IMG/VR virus record: IMGVR_UViG_3300003937_000325
DNA length: 64,000 bases
Direction: 5' to 3' (one strand)
Source of the DNA: a virus
Taxonomy: Duplodnaviria; Caudoviricetes
Shown here: piece by piece, positions 10,221-19,547 of the stretch
Layout: every line of letters starts with the position of its first letter
Position numbering within the stretch: the first letter of the stretch is position 1
The notes under the pieces: generated by a model
Databases searched by the model: none
The model's input: the letters and a program-made list of their open reading frames with translations, nothing else
What the model was told of the DNA's origin: nothing
Translations under genes and position numbers: made by a program

Positions 10221-11285
10221 ATGGATACAGAATTATTAAAAAAAGTTGAACTATCGGTTCAACGATTAACGGATAAATCAGTAAGGATTTATTTTTTAAC
10301 ACAAGACACTAAAGGGAACGCTAAGGCTTCCGTAAGACAAACTTATGAAATCGCCTTAACCCTAAAAAATAATGGATTTAATCCAATAATCATTCATGAA
10401 ACAAAAGAATATACGGGAGTTTCTGAATGGTTAGGTGAAGAGTATATGGAATTACCTCATGAAAGTATTGAAGGTGAAGATTTAAAGATTTCTCCTGAAG
10501 ATTTTATTGTTGTACCTGAAATATATGGTCACGTATTAGAACAACTTGCTAATCTACCTTGTGGTAAAATCATCTCATGTCAGGCTTATGACCATATGTT
10601 AGAGACTTTACAACCTGGTACAACTTGGTCACAATATGGTTTCCTAAAGGCGATAACTACTAGTGAAAAACAAACAGAACTTGTTAAGGGCGTTATGAAG
10701 AATATCACATTTGATATTATACCACCTTTTATTTCTGAAAAGTTCTCAGCGAAAGAAGTACCATCAAAACCAATCATTTCAATTCATACTCGTGACCAAA
10801 GGGACACTATGAAAATAATAAAAACTTTTTATTTAAAGTACCCACAATTTAGATGGGTTACATTTAGAGACATGAGAGGTCTTAATCAAGAACAGTTCGC
10901 AGAATACTTAAAAGATTCTTTTGTTTCTGTATGGGTAGATGATACATCATCAGTAGGGACATTCCCGATAGAATCAATGGCGAGTCGAACACCAGTAATC
11001 GGTAAAGTTCCAAATCTAAAACCTGATTGGATGGCAGAAAACAATGGTGTTTGGACATACGAATTAAATCAAATGACTGATATAATAGCTGAGTTCACTC
11101 AAAATTGGTTAGAGGATAATATTAATGATGATTTATATAAGGCGGGTATTGAAACCTCCGATAAATTTAAAAATAGAGAAGAATTCGAATCAAATGTAGT
11201 TGGAACATTTTCAGGTTACTTAGAGACTAGAAAAACTATATTCGAAACACAATTAGATAAACTAAAAGTAGAAGAAGAAAATTAA
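10221..11285 (+). CDS. GT-B fold glycosyltransferase (GT4-like)
   Basis: FIVVPEI and SSVGTFPIESMASRTPVIG (E-x7 donor-binding region). Confidence 0.75.
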   Translation: MDTELLKKVELSVQRLTDKSVRIYFLTQDTKGNAKASVRQTYEIALTLKNNGFNPIIIHETKEYTGVSEWLGEEYMELPHESIEGEDLKISPEDFIVVPEIYGHVLEQLANLPCGKIISCQAYDHMLETLQPGTTWSQYGFLKAITTSEKQTELVKGVMKNITFDIIPPFISEKFSAKEVPSKPIISIHTRDQRDTMKIIKTFYLKYPQFRWVTFRDMRGLNQEQFAEYLKDSFVSVWVDDTSSVGTFPIESMASRTPVIGKVPNLKPDWMAENNGVWTYELNQMTDIIAEFTQNWLEDNINDDLYKAGIETSDKFKNREEFESNVVGTFSGYLETRKTIFETQLDKLKVEEEN

Positions 11286-11290
11286 TAATT

Positions 11291-12097
11291 ATGGAAAATA
11301 AATTAAACGTATCAGTTATACTACCTATTAATTCTTCAAAAGTGAAAAACTTTGTTGAGTTCTTTAATAGTTGTATACTTTCAATAATAAAACAATCGAC
11401 ACCAATCGATGAGTTAGTTATTGTACATAGTGATGAAGAGTCACTAAAAGAAGTAGTTCAAAACTTTGACTATAGTGGTCTAACAGTAAACTTAGTTGAA
11501 AATACAGGTGATGTTGATTTCTCATCTCAAGTAAACTTAGGAGTTGAAAACGCTAAAAATGAATGGATTTCTTTATTAGAGTTTGATGATGAATATGCGT
11601 CAATATGGTTTAAAAATGTTAAACGATATATAGAAGCTTATCCAAAAGTATCAGGATTCTTACCATTAGTATTAGACGTAGATGAAAAAGGTGTTTTTGC
11701 TGGATTCACAAATGAGGCAACCTTTGCAGCTAATATGAATAGTGAGATTGGTTACTTAACTAATGAAGTTTTATTAAACTATCAAAATTTTCAAACAAGC
11801 GGAGTCGTACTTAAAAAATCAGTTTTTAAAGACTTTGGTGGATTTAAAAAATCCATGAAATTAACTTTTGTATATGAGTTCCTACTAAGGTTAAGTTATA
11901 ATTCAGTAGAAATAATGACAATACCTAGAATTGGTTACAAACACATGAACATGAGAGAGGGTTCAATTTTTTGGAATTACAAATTTGGTGAGCAAAAAAT
12001 ATCTGAAGACGAAGTTGCGTTTTGGATTGACTCGGCGAAAAAAGAACATTTTTTTATTGAAGATAGGGACATAAACTATCAAGCAATAGATGTTTAA
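11291..12097 (+). CDS. GT2-family glycosyltransferase
   Basis: VSVILPI, VNLGVENAKNEWISLLEFDD and YEFLLRL. Confidence 0.8.
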   Translation: MENKLNVSVILPINSSKVKNFVEFFNSCILSIIKQSTPIDELVIVHSDEESLKEVVQNFDYSGLTVNLVENTGDVDFSSQVNLGVENAKNEWISLLEFDDEYASIWFKNVKRYIEAYPKVSGFLPLVLDVDEKGVFAGFTNEATFAANMNSEIGYLTNEVLLNYQNFQTSGVVLKKSVFKDFGGFKKSMKLTFVYEFLLRLSYNSVEIMTIPRIGYKHMNMREGSIFWNYKFGEQKISEDEVAFWIDSAKKEHFFIEDRDINYQAIDV

Positions 12098-12900
12098 TGT
12101 TTTTAGAACCAAAAAGTGCTACTACAACTAATAACGATTCAAATAAAGTGGTTGTTTCAGGTAATACTGAAACTCCTGAAGTGATTGAAAAGAAAAAAAG
12201 AGGTAGAAAACCAACAACTAATAATTATTTCGCGGAAAGAGAAGAGAGGGCAGTTAGATTATTTTTAACTGCCTCTACTTTTACTGAAAAAAATAAAATC
12301 TATGATGAATATCTAAGAGCACCTTTAGATAAAATGATTGAATCAATCATTAGAAGATATAAACTTTATAGAAAGGGGATGGAATTTCGTGAAATTAATC
12401 ATGACACCCACTCTTTTTTAATTACAAAGGTTGAAAAATTTAAACCTGAAAAAGGTAAAAAAGCATACTCTTATTTTGGTACGATATGTAAAAACTACCT
12501 AATGGGTATGATTATAAAAGACCAAAAAGAACAAAATAGGAAAATATCATATGAAGATATAACTACTAAATTAGAAAGTAGGCCTGATATGATTTACTAT
12601 CTTGAAAATGAAAAGATAGAGGCAACGGATGTGATTAAAAGATTCATAAAAGAACTTAATGATTATATAGAAAATACCGATTTAAATAATAACGAATTAA
12701 AGTTAGGATACGCTTTGATGGAGTTATTTGAGAATTATAACAATATTTTTATAGGAACGGATAATAATAAATTTAATAAAAATATAATACTACTATCTCT
12801 ACGTGATATGACAAATATGTCTACTAAGGAAATAAGGACATCAATGAGAAAGTATAAGAAATTATATTATGAGTTGACAAATAAATTACATAATCTATAA
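12097..12900 (+). CDS. gp55: Phage RNA polymerase sigma factor, T4 gp55-like (late sigma)
   Basis: Sigma region-2-like segment KFKPEKGKKAYSYFGTICKNYL. It lies at the boundary of the late virion genes. Confidence 0.7.
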   Translation: MFLEPKSATTTNNDSNKVVVSGNTETPEVIEKKKRGRKPTTNNYFAEREERAVRLFLTASTFTEKNKIYDEYLRAPLDKMIESIIRRYKLYRKGMEFREINHDTHSFLITKVEKFKPEKGKKAYSYFGTICKNYLMGMIIKDQKEQNRKISYEDITTKLESRPDMIYYLENEKIEATDVIKRFIKELNDYIENTDLNNNELKLGYALMELFENYNNIFIGTDNNKFNKNIILLSLRDMTNMSTKEIRTSMRKYKKLYYELTNKLHNL

Positions 12901-12917
12901 AAAAATTATTCTATAAA

Positions 12918-12924
12918 TATTTAT
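12918..12924 (+). promoter_or_regulatory. Late motif TATTTAT
   Basis: 6 nt before ATG 12931. Confidence 0.6.
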
Positions 12925-12930
12925 AACATT

Positions 12931-13305
12931 ATGGCAAGACCTAAAAAAAAAGAAATAGTATTAAGTAAAGACTCAGTTCTTTCACTTATGCAAGAAATTT
13001 ACAACGAACTTGTAGAACAAAGAGCGACCGCTATAAGAATACAAAATAAAATGTTGGCGATGTTAAAGGACCCTGAGGATATGACCGTTATTGGACCTGT
13101 TATCAAAGAACAACAAAAAATCGTAAATGATACTATAGAAAAGAAACTATCACTTTCTAAGTTACAGTCAACAATATGGGAAAAAACTAATAATACCTCA
13201 AGCGAGGAATTTAGTTTATCTGAAATTGATGATGACACATTACAAACCTTAATACAACAAGATTTAAGCAGTGGTGACAAGAAGGACGGTTATAAACTTG
13301 ATTAA
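12931..13305 (+). CDS. Hypothetical helical protein
   Basis: 124-aa ORF directly preceded by the late TATTTAT motif. Confidence 0.75.
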   Translation: MARPKKKEIVLSKDSVLSLMQEIYNELVEQRATAIRIQNKMLAMLKDPEDMTVIGPVIKEQQKIVNDTIEKKLSLSKLQSTIWEKTNNTSSEEFSLSEIDDDTLQTLIQQDLSSGDKKDGYKLD

Positions 13306-13316
13306 AAATAACCATT

Positions 13317-15281
13317 ATGTCGATAAAAGATAAGTTTAAACAGGCTAGTTCTAAAGTAGATGCATACAAATCCACTATTAATACTGCGGTTAATCAAAAA
13401 AAACTACAAAAAATATCTGATGGTTTAGATAGTAACTTTCAAAACGCAAAAAGTGACGCCCTAAAGCAATTAAACGCTATGGGTGATATCAAACAAAGAG
13501 CTCAACAAGAAATTGAAAACGTATTTGATGAATTAACTAAGTTATTCAAAAAAACTATGCCTAGTGGTAAAAATACAGGTTCTTCCACTATCGACTTCCT
13601 AATAAAACAAGTTTTAATGGCTAGTGAAAATACTAAATCCAGAATGGGTGAGATTGTTGCTGAGGAGGTATTGAAAGTTGCGGGTTGTTCAGAAGAGCAG
13701 GAGTTTAATACTCAACCACTTTACATACCAGTTAACGATATCGATTTAAGGGAATTATTAAAAAACGACCCATCATCCAAGCCATGGACATTTAGATATG
13801 AAAAAGACTCCATAAATGTCGGTTCTCAACCATTTTCAATGGATAAAGAACTTTATAATAGACTTCAGAATGAGGGTGTACCATTTACGGCCGAATACGG
13901 TAGTAGTTACATTGGTGCATCAGGAGCCGGTATTTTTGATATAAAGTATGTTACACAATACCCCGACCCTAATACTGGAACACCTATTTTTGGTGATTTT
14001 TACGAGGTAACATTAGCCAATAGATTAAATGGAGATAATTTAGGTGATTTCTTAAGAGATTATTACGGTTCTATAGATATAGTTAATTTTAATATGATAT
14101 CGGTAGAAATCATGAATATGTTAACTAACATTATTGATATTTCGGGTGGGATTTCTGTTAATCAAAAAGAAGAACAGACTAAGTTTGAAAAAATATTACA
14201 AAGAATATTAGGTCTTTGTTTTGATAGTAATAGAGAAATTGATGTTCAGGGTACCGCTAAGTTAGGGCAGTTAGATAATATAGACCCATCGTTTTTTGAG
14301 ATGTCTCCACTTGATTTAAAAAATATTGAGATTGAAGTTAATAATATGATTCAAGGAGTTACCGAGTTCACTGACTGTAATAATGTCAAATTACCCGTCA
14401 ATACTGAGTCACTATTAGATTCAATGGCTCAACTCATTAATGACGATGTTGGTAATGCCGGTCAAAACGCAGATAACTTAATGGGTTTAGTCAACAATAT
14501 GGCTAAAGACCAAGATTGGAAACTCAATATACCATCGGGTATTGATTTAAATTTAAATGTCGCGATTAATAATGATTTTTTAAAGATTATCCCAAAAGCC
14601 GTGATGTTCGCTATCTTAAGACCAAAAATGTTATTAGGGTTACAAATTGTAATGAAGTCAGTTAATCCAAATTTTGCGAATATATTGGCACTAAGTAATT
14701 TAGAGTCATTTATTAAAACGTTTGGTAAATTTATGACAGAAATGTTAAGTAAAATTGCTGCGATATTTGTTGAAGAATTATTCATTTTATTAAAAAAGAA
14801 CTTAAGATTATTGGTAGAAACATTACTTGTTGAAATAGTTAAAGAAGCCAAAAATAAACAAGCTGCTATGATTGCCGGAGTTATATTTTTAATAATTCAA
14901 TTAGTTCAGGGTTTTATTGATTATCGAGAATGTAAAAGTTTAGTTGATGAAATATTAAAATTATTGAATTTAGCCGCCGCAGCCACAGGTATATCGTTAC
15001 CTTCTTTCGCTTTGGCGGCTAGTTCATTATTAGGTGGATTCTCTCCGACAAGAGCAATGACAGAAGTGACGGAAAGACTTCAATCAATAGGTATACCGAC
15101 AGGTGACCTTCCAAGTGGAGCAGTAAATATTGCCATGCCAGCAATGTTTCAACAAATAAAAGGTACTTACCAAGAGCAATTAGCTAATGGTAAAGTTGAA
15201 GTCTTTATACCACCATTAGCGGTGCCACCTGTGATAGCAGGAGCGACCGCACCATCAAAGGCTTCAGGAAAATCGTATTAA
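13317..15281 (+). CDS. Hypothetical protein, probable tail/baseplate component
   Basis: 654-aa ORF in a late operon upstream of the gp5-like gene; hydrophobic C-terminal helices. Confidence 0.6.
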   Translation: MSIKDKFKQASSKVDAYKSTINTAVNQKKLQKISDGLDSNFQNAKSDALKQLNAMGDIKQRAQQEIENVFDELTKLFKKTMPSGKNTGSSTIDFLIKQVLMASENTKSRMGEIVAEEVLKVAGCSEEQEFNTQPLYIPVNDIDLRELLKNDPSSKPWTFRYEKDSINVGSQPFSMDKELYNRLQNEGVPFTAEYGSSYIGASGAGIFDIKYVTQYPDPNTGTPIFGDFYEVTLANRLNGDNLGDFLRDYYGSIDIVNFNMISVEIMNMLTNIIDISGGISVNQKEEQTKFEKILQRILGLCFDSNREIDVQGTAKLGQLDNIDPSFFEMSPLDLKNIEIEVNNMIQGVTEFTDCNNVKLPVNTESLLDSMAQLINDDVGNAGQNADNLMGLVNNMAKDQDWKLNIPSGIDLNLNVAINNDFLKIIPKAVMFAILRPKMLLGLQIVMKSVNPNFANILALSNLESFIKTFGKFMTEMLSKIAAIFVEELFILLKKNLRLLVETLLVEIVKEAKNKQAAMIAGVIFLIIQLVQGFIDYRECKSLVDEILKLLNLAAAATGISLPSFALAASSLLGGFSPTRAMTEVTERLQSIGIPTGDLPSGAVNIAMPAMFQQIKGTYQEQLANGKVEVFIPPLAVPPVIAGATAPSKASGKSY

Positions 15282-15282
15282 T

Positions 15283-15480
15283 ATGGATGAAAATAAAATA
15301 ACAAAAATACTATTAGAGTATAAAAACAGTTCCAATAAAGATTTAATCGAAGCGATGGATTTTGTACAAAATGATTTTGAGGAAACTAAAACTAATATTA
15401 TTAAATTAACTCGTCATTTAGATAGTACTGAAATAATTTATAATAAAATTTTAAACGAGTATAAAAAAAGAACTAAGTAA
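15283..15480 (+). CDS. Hypothetical protein
   Basis: 65-aa ORF, TAATG-coupled to the next gene. Confidence 0.7.
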   Translation: MDENKITKILLEYKNSSNKDLIEAMDFVQNDFEETKTNIIKLTRHLDSTEIIYNKILNEYKKRTK

Positions 15481-17036
15481 TGGCTGATATACCATATAAT
15501 AATAGAATAATATATGTAGGTGAATGTATTGATAATATTGACCCTATGGGATTGGGTCGTATTCGTGCCGTACTAAAAACTGAAAACACTGCAGATAGGG
15601 AAAAAAGTGTTGCCGATACTGTAGGTGTAACAGAAAAATGGACATCTAGAGACCCATTTGTTATTAGACCTCTATTACCTGTCTTCATAAATACTGCACC
15701 TAAAAATGGTGAATTTGTTCATTTAATTTACTCTAACTCTGACGATAAGTCTAATAAAGATAAGTTTTATATTTCAGGTGTTTTTTCCTCTTTAACGAAC
15801 GTAAAACAAGAACCTTATAATTCGGCGGTTAGTAACAGTAATTTAGGTAGTAGAAATAAACAACAGAAACAACTACGTAACCCAAACACAGGAATCGTAT
15901 TTGAATCATCTAATAAGGGTGTCTATTCTGAGCCAGACGACATATCTATTGATGGTAGAGGAAGTGCCGATATTGTTGTTAAAGAAAATACCGTATTATT
16001 AAGGGCTGGTAAATATAATGGTCAACCTATCCCAAATGTTTACCCTGTTGGTAATGATAATAGGTCATTCTTACAACTTAGTAAATTTAATAAAAAGACG
16101 GTATACGGTGAAGCCGAAAAACTTTATAAGTTTAAGTATAGACATAAACCAATTAGAATTTTAGTAGAATATAACGTTGTAAATCCTGATAATAATTCAA
16201 ACGCCTATACAGGAGGAATTTATATTTATACTTTAACCCCTAACGAAAGAAATGGTAGTCAAAGTTTTGATTTAACTACAGATGTAGAGGGTACTAAGAA
16301 TCTATACCAAAAGTTTGATTTTTTAGCCCTATCCGTTAATGATTTGACACGTTTAATTAATAAAATAATTAATGGTGTTGCAGAAAAATTGGTACCTGAT
16401 TTATCGACTATAACAACATCAGTTACACCTTTAGGTCCTTTTAGATTAAGAGGTGGTGGTGATTCAACATACCCTATTTATTTTAGACCTCAGCCAAGTC
16501 TATATAATAAATTAAATTCTGACACATCACAAACAAATGAGAAATTATTTATAGCTAATTTAATGTCTGGCGTTAAAGTTAAACAATCGGACTTAGTAGG
16601 TGGTTATGGGTTAATATATGACCAATCAAAAAGAGGGGATGTCCCTTTTACTCCTGAAAAAAATGAGATAATACCTGAAAAGGAAATATTATTAAATAAT
16701 ACCGCATCTATAATGGGTGGGGACTTTGTTTATTTACTTTCACATAAATCATCAAAAAATGATACAGGTAAAATAAATTTATCTGACACTTTATACGGTA
16801 TTGAGGAATATACCCTTTCAGATGAGATTGAACCTAAAACATCTTCAGTTGTTAGAGGAGAAGAATTAATTGAGTTATTAAATTTAATGGTACAATTTCT
16901 TATTGGACATGTTCATCCGTATCATGGTATGGTTCCTGATGGCACATCAACTAACGGAGTTACCATGGAAAAGTTACAAAAAGAACTTAGAGACGCAAAT
17001 CAAAAGATACTAAATAAGTATATTCGTATAAACTAA
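15480..17036 (+). CDS. Baseplate hub/spike protein, T4 gp5/VgrG-like
   Basis: OB-fold signature DNIDPMGLGRIRAV...RPLLP...PKNGEFV and C-terminal GHVHPYH (HxH spike-tip motif). Confidence 0.7.
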   Translation: MADIPYNNRIIYVGECIDNIDPMGLGRIRAVLKTENTADREKSVADTVGVTEKWTSRDPFVIRPLLPVFINTAPKNGEFVHLIYSNSDDKSNKDKFYISGVFSSLTNVKQEPYNSAVSNSNLGSRNKQQKQLRNPNTGIVFESSNKGVYSEPDDISIDGRGSADIVVKENTVLLRAGKYNGQPIPNVYPVGNDNRSFLQLSKFNKKTVYGEAEKLYKFKYRHKPIRILVEYNVVNPDNNSNAYTGGIYIYTLTPNERNGSQSFDLTTDVEGTKNLYQKFDFLALSVNDLTRLINKIINGVAEKLVPDLSTITTSVTPLGPFRLRGGGDSTYPIYFRPQPSLYNKLNSDTSQTNEKLFIANLMSGVKVKQSDLVGGYGLIYDQSKRGDVPFTPEKNEIIPEKEILLNNTASIMGGDFVYLLSHKSSKNDTGKINLSDTLYGIEEYTLSDEIEPKTSSVVRGEELIELLNLMVQFLIGHVHPYHGMVPDGTSTNGVTMEKLQKELRDANQKILNKYIRIN

Positions 17037-17037
17037 G

Positions 17038-17044
17038 TATTTAT
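17038..17044 (+). promoter_or_regulatory. Late motif TATTTAT
   Basis: 14 nt before ATG 17059. Confidence 0.6.
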
Positions 17045-17058
17045 ATTAAAAAGAGTTT

Positions 17059-18522
17059 ATGTCTACTTATAAATCATATTTTAATAGAAACACAACTATT
17101 GTTTCAAATTCATACGCAAATACAGGTAGAAACCCTATATGCGAACTATTCTTTGGTGGGGTAGATAATGTAATTACTCCAAAAGGGTTTAGTCGTTTTT
17201 TATTCGATATTGAATTATCAGGAATAACTGAACAAATCAAACATGGTATTATCTCTACTGGTTGTTCAAAAAGTATGAAACATATTCTCAATATGACTAA
17301 TACTTCATCATTTGATTTGGAATTATTAAATGATACATGGTCTAATGGAAGAAGAAGAGCAACTTCTTTTGATTTAGTATTATTTAGAATACCTAAAGTT
17401 TCAGGAACCACAGGAGATATTCAATCGTGGGATGAAGGTGTTGGATACGATTATTACGATTTTACTGAATTACCTACAGACAAAGCCTACTCAAGTAGAC
17501 CAACTAATTGGTACGAATCTCAAACTATTTCAAATTGGTCAGTACCGGGGGTATACGATAATTTAAATACCAATTCAAGTACAGGGTTAAATTTCTCAGG
17601 TTTAACTATTATTGATACTCAACATTTTGAATTTGGTAATGAAGATATTAAATTTGATATGACTCAAGAGATAAATGATATATTAACGGGGGCGACTACT
17701 GGAGTTACAGGATGGGGAATCGCCTTTTATCCTCAAGTTGAAAATATTACAGGATTAACTGAAAACTACTCGGTAGGGTTTTTTACTACGAATACACAAA
17801 CATTTTATGAACCATACTTAGAAACTACATATGATGATTTAATAGAGGATGATAGAAATATTTTTTATGAAAATAAAGAAAATAAATTATATCTATACAG
17901 TTACCAATTCGGTAATCCTCAAAATTTTGATGAATTACCATCTGTAGATATTACAGATATGAATGGTTCAATATTATATTTAGATTTACCAACCTGTCAA
18001 ATAACTAATGGGGTATATGAAGTTATAGTACCACCATTAACATCATCAAGTATACCATGTATGATGTACGATACTTGGAAAAATTTAAAGATTAATGGAG
18101 TTAATATTTCTAATCAAACTAATGAATTTGTAGTTAATGACTTATCGGAGTTATATCAAATTGGTTCAACAACGAATGACCCTTCATTATATGGTTTTGA
18201 TTTTTTCGGAATTAAACAAGATGAAAAGATATTAGGACCAGATGTACGTAAAGTTAACGTCATAATTAAAAAAGCGTATACTACGAATGAAGTACTTAAT
18301 AAAGTTAACGCCTATTATAGGGTATATGTTAGAGAAGGTAAAACTGAAGTTCAAGTTCAAGATTGGACACAGTTAAATAGAACACCAGATAGTCACTATT
18401 TTATTTTTAATACTGAAGACAAAATACCTAACGAATATTTCATCGATATAAAAGTATTGACGGATAGAGAGATTAATACCTATAAAAGAGAATTAAAATT
18501 TCAAATAGTTAATAGAAAATGA
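17059..18522 (+). CDS. Virion structural protein (beta-rich)
   Basis: 487-aa ORF with a late motif upstream. WDEGVGYD and YEPYLETTYDD segments resemble huge-phage structural proteins. Confidence 0.55.
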   Translation: MSTYKSYFNRNTTIVSNSYANTGRNPICELFFGGVDNVITPKGFSRFLFDIELSGITEQIKHGIISTGCSKSMKHILNMTNTSSFDLELLNDTWSNGRRRATSFDLVLFRIPKVSGTTGDIQSWDEGVGYDYYDFTELPTDKAYSSRPTNWYESQTISNWSVPGVYDNLNTNSSTGLNFSGLTIIDTQHFEFGNEDIKFDMTQEINDILTGATTGVTGWGIAFYPQVENITGLTENYSVGFFTTNTQTFYEPYLETTYDDLIEDDRNIFYENKENKLYLYSYQFGNPQNFDELPSVDITDMNGSILYLDLPTCQITNGVYEVIVPPLTSSSIPCMMYDTWKNLKINGVNISNQTNEFVVNDLSELYQIGSTTNDPSLYGFDFFGIKQDEKILGPDVRKVNVIIKKAYTTNEVLNKVNAYYRVYVREGKTEVQVQDWTQLNRTPDSHYFIFNTEDKIPNEYFIDIKVLTDREINTYKRELKFQIVNRK

Positions 18523-18776
18523 AAAAGGTAACAATCACTGAAAACGAACTGATAGAAATAATCACTAGAGTAATTAGTGAAAAGAAAAAATCTAAAAAGA
18601 AAAAAAAGAAGAGCACTACTTTATGTGCAAGAGGTAAAAACGCGGCGAAAGCTAAATATGATGTTTACCCATCAGCTTACGCTAACGGTTACGCCGTCCA
18701 AGTGTGTAAAGGTAAGATGCCTGGTTTAGACGGTAAAAAAAGATGTTCAGGTAAATATTGTTCGGGTAAAAAATAA
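18519..18776 (+). CDS. Small basic Cys-containing protein (DUF5872-like) with leader
   Basis: AKAKYDVYPSAYANGYAVQVCKG core; N-terminal leader MKKVTITENEL...VISE. Confidence 0.65.
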   Translation: MKKVTITENELIEIITRVISEKKKSKKKKKKSTTLCARGKNAAKAKYDVYPSAYANGYAVQVCKGKMPGLDGKKRCSGKYCSGKK

Positions 18777-18780
18777 TTTG

Positions 18781-18788
18781 TATATTTG
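18781..18788 (+). promoter_or_regulatory. Bacteroidota sigma70 -7 element TAnnTTTG
   Basis: TATATTTG upstream of ORF 18808. Confidence 0.6.
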
Positions 18789-18807
18789 TTATATATAAAA
18801 AAAAATA

Positions 18808-19005
18808 ATGTATCGAAATACAACTTATCATTTTGTTAAAATTGTTAATGGGGAAGAAAAACTCATTATAGAAACCGAGTCTTCTTGTTTAGAAAGGGCT
18901 TTAGATTATTTCTACCTAATGGTACCTAAGGCCTATGGGGATAAGAGTTATACTATTAGAATTAAAAAAGATAATATTAGAAACGTTGCCAGTGAATGGG
19001 ACTAA
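18808..19005 (+). CDS. Hypothetical protein
   Basis: 65-aa ORF preceded by the TATATTTG promoter element. Confidence 0.65.
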   Translation: MYRNTTYHFVKIVNGEEKLIIETESSCLERALDYFYLMVPKAYGDKSYTIRIKKDNIRNVASEWD

Positions 19006-19547
19006 GTAGTTTTTGATATAACCCATTTATACCCTACATCTCCACCATTTAATAACCAATTAACATACTCCATATCTTTTTGTGGTTTTCCTTTAAACGT
19101 TTCATTTAAAGTGATTGTTTCTTTTTTACTGTCAAAAAATTGTTTTAATTCTAATAGTTGGTTTTTAGAAATTACGTTATTCTCAACTATCTTTTGAGTG
19201 ACTCTATTAATTCCTTTAGAGTATGATAAACCCTTTTTCATTTGGCTAATTACCGGCGAAGGGACTCTAATATAATCATTATTTTCTATAATAACGATTT
19301 TAAGGTCACCAGAACCTTTAATTACTCTGTGGTATGTCTCTTTATTAATAATATATTTTTGTCCAACCTTAAGGTCCTGGGGTAACTCCTCATCCATTTG
19401 AAGCTTCCAACCGTCACTTGATTCTACAAATATAATACGGTCGTACTCATCTTTGTGCCATTTTAACTCTTCAGAGTTAACGGATTCATTAAAAACTCTA
19501 CGTTTTTTATTATGTGATAGTTGTGTGTCTGAATATATCATTACCAA
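19002..19547 (-). CDS. Cupin-like domain fused to a small phage domain
   Basis: LKWHKD...YHRVIKG cupin-like His motifs; C-terminal YVNWLLNGGDVGYKW. Confidence 0.55.
   Translation of the reverse strand: MVMIYSDTQLSHNKKRRVFNESVNSEELKWHKDEYDRIIFVESSDGWKLQMDEELPQDLKVGQKYIINKETYHRVIKGSGDLKIVIIENNDYIRVPSPVISQMKKGLSYSKGINRVTQKIVENNVISKNQLLELKQFFDSKKETITLNETFKGKPQKDMEYVNWLLNGGDVGYKWVISKTT

Noticed and set aside
1-12097. Bacterial LPS/capsule locus, meaning a chromosomal or prophage-flank origin
   Set aside because: No wzx, wzy or ABC exporter genes; composition matches the rest; the operon runs straight into a phage sigma factor.
12912-12919. Canonical T4 late promoter TATAAATA on the sense strand
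   Set aside because: It occurs here only as part of the palindrome ATAAATATTTAT; at the other late genes the sense-strand motif is TATTTAT.
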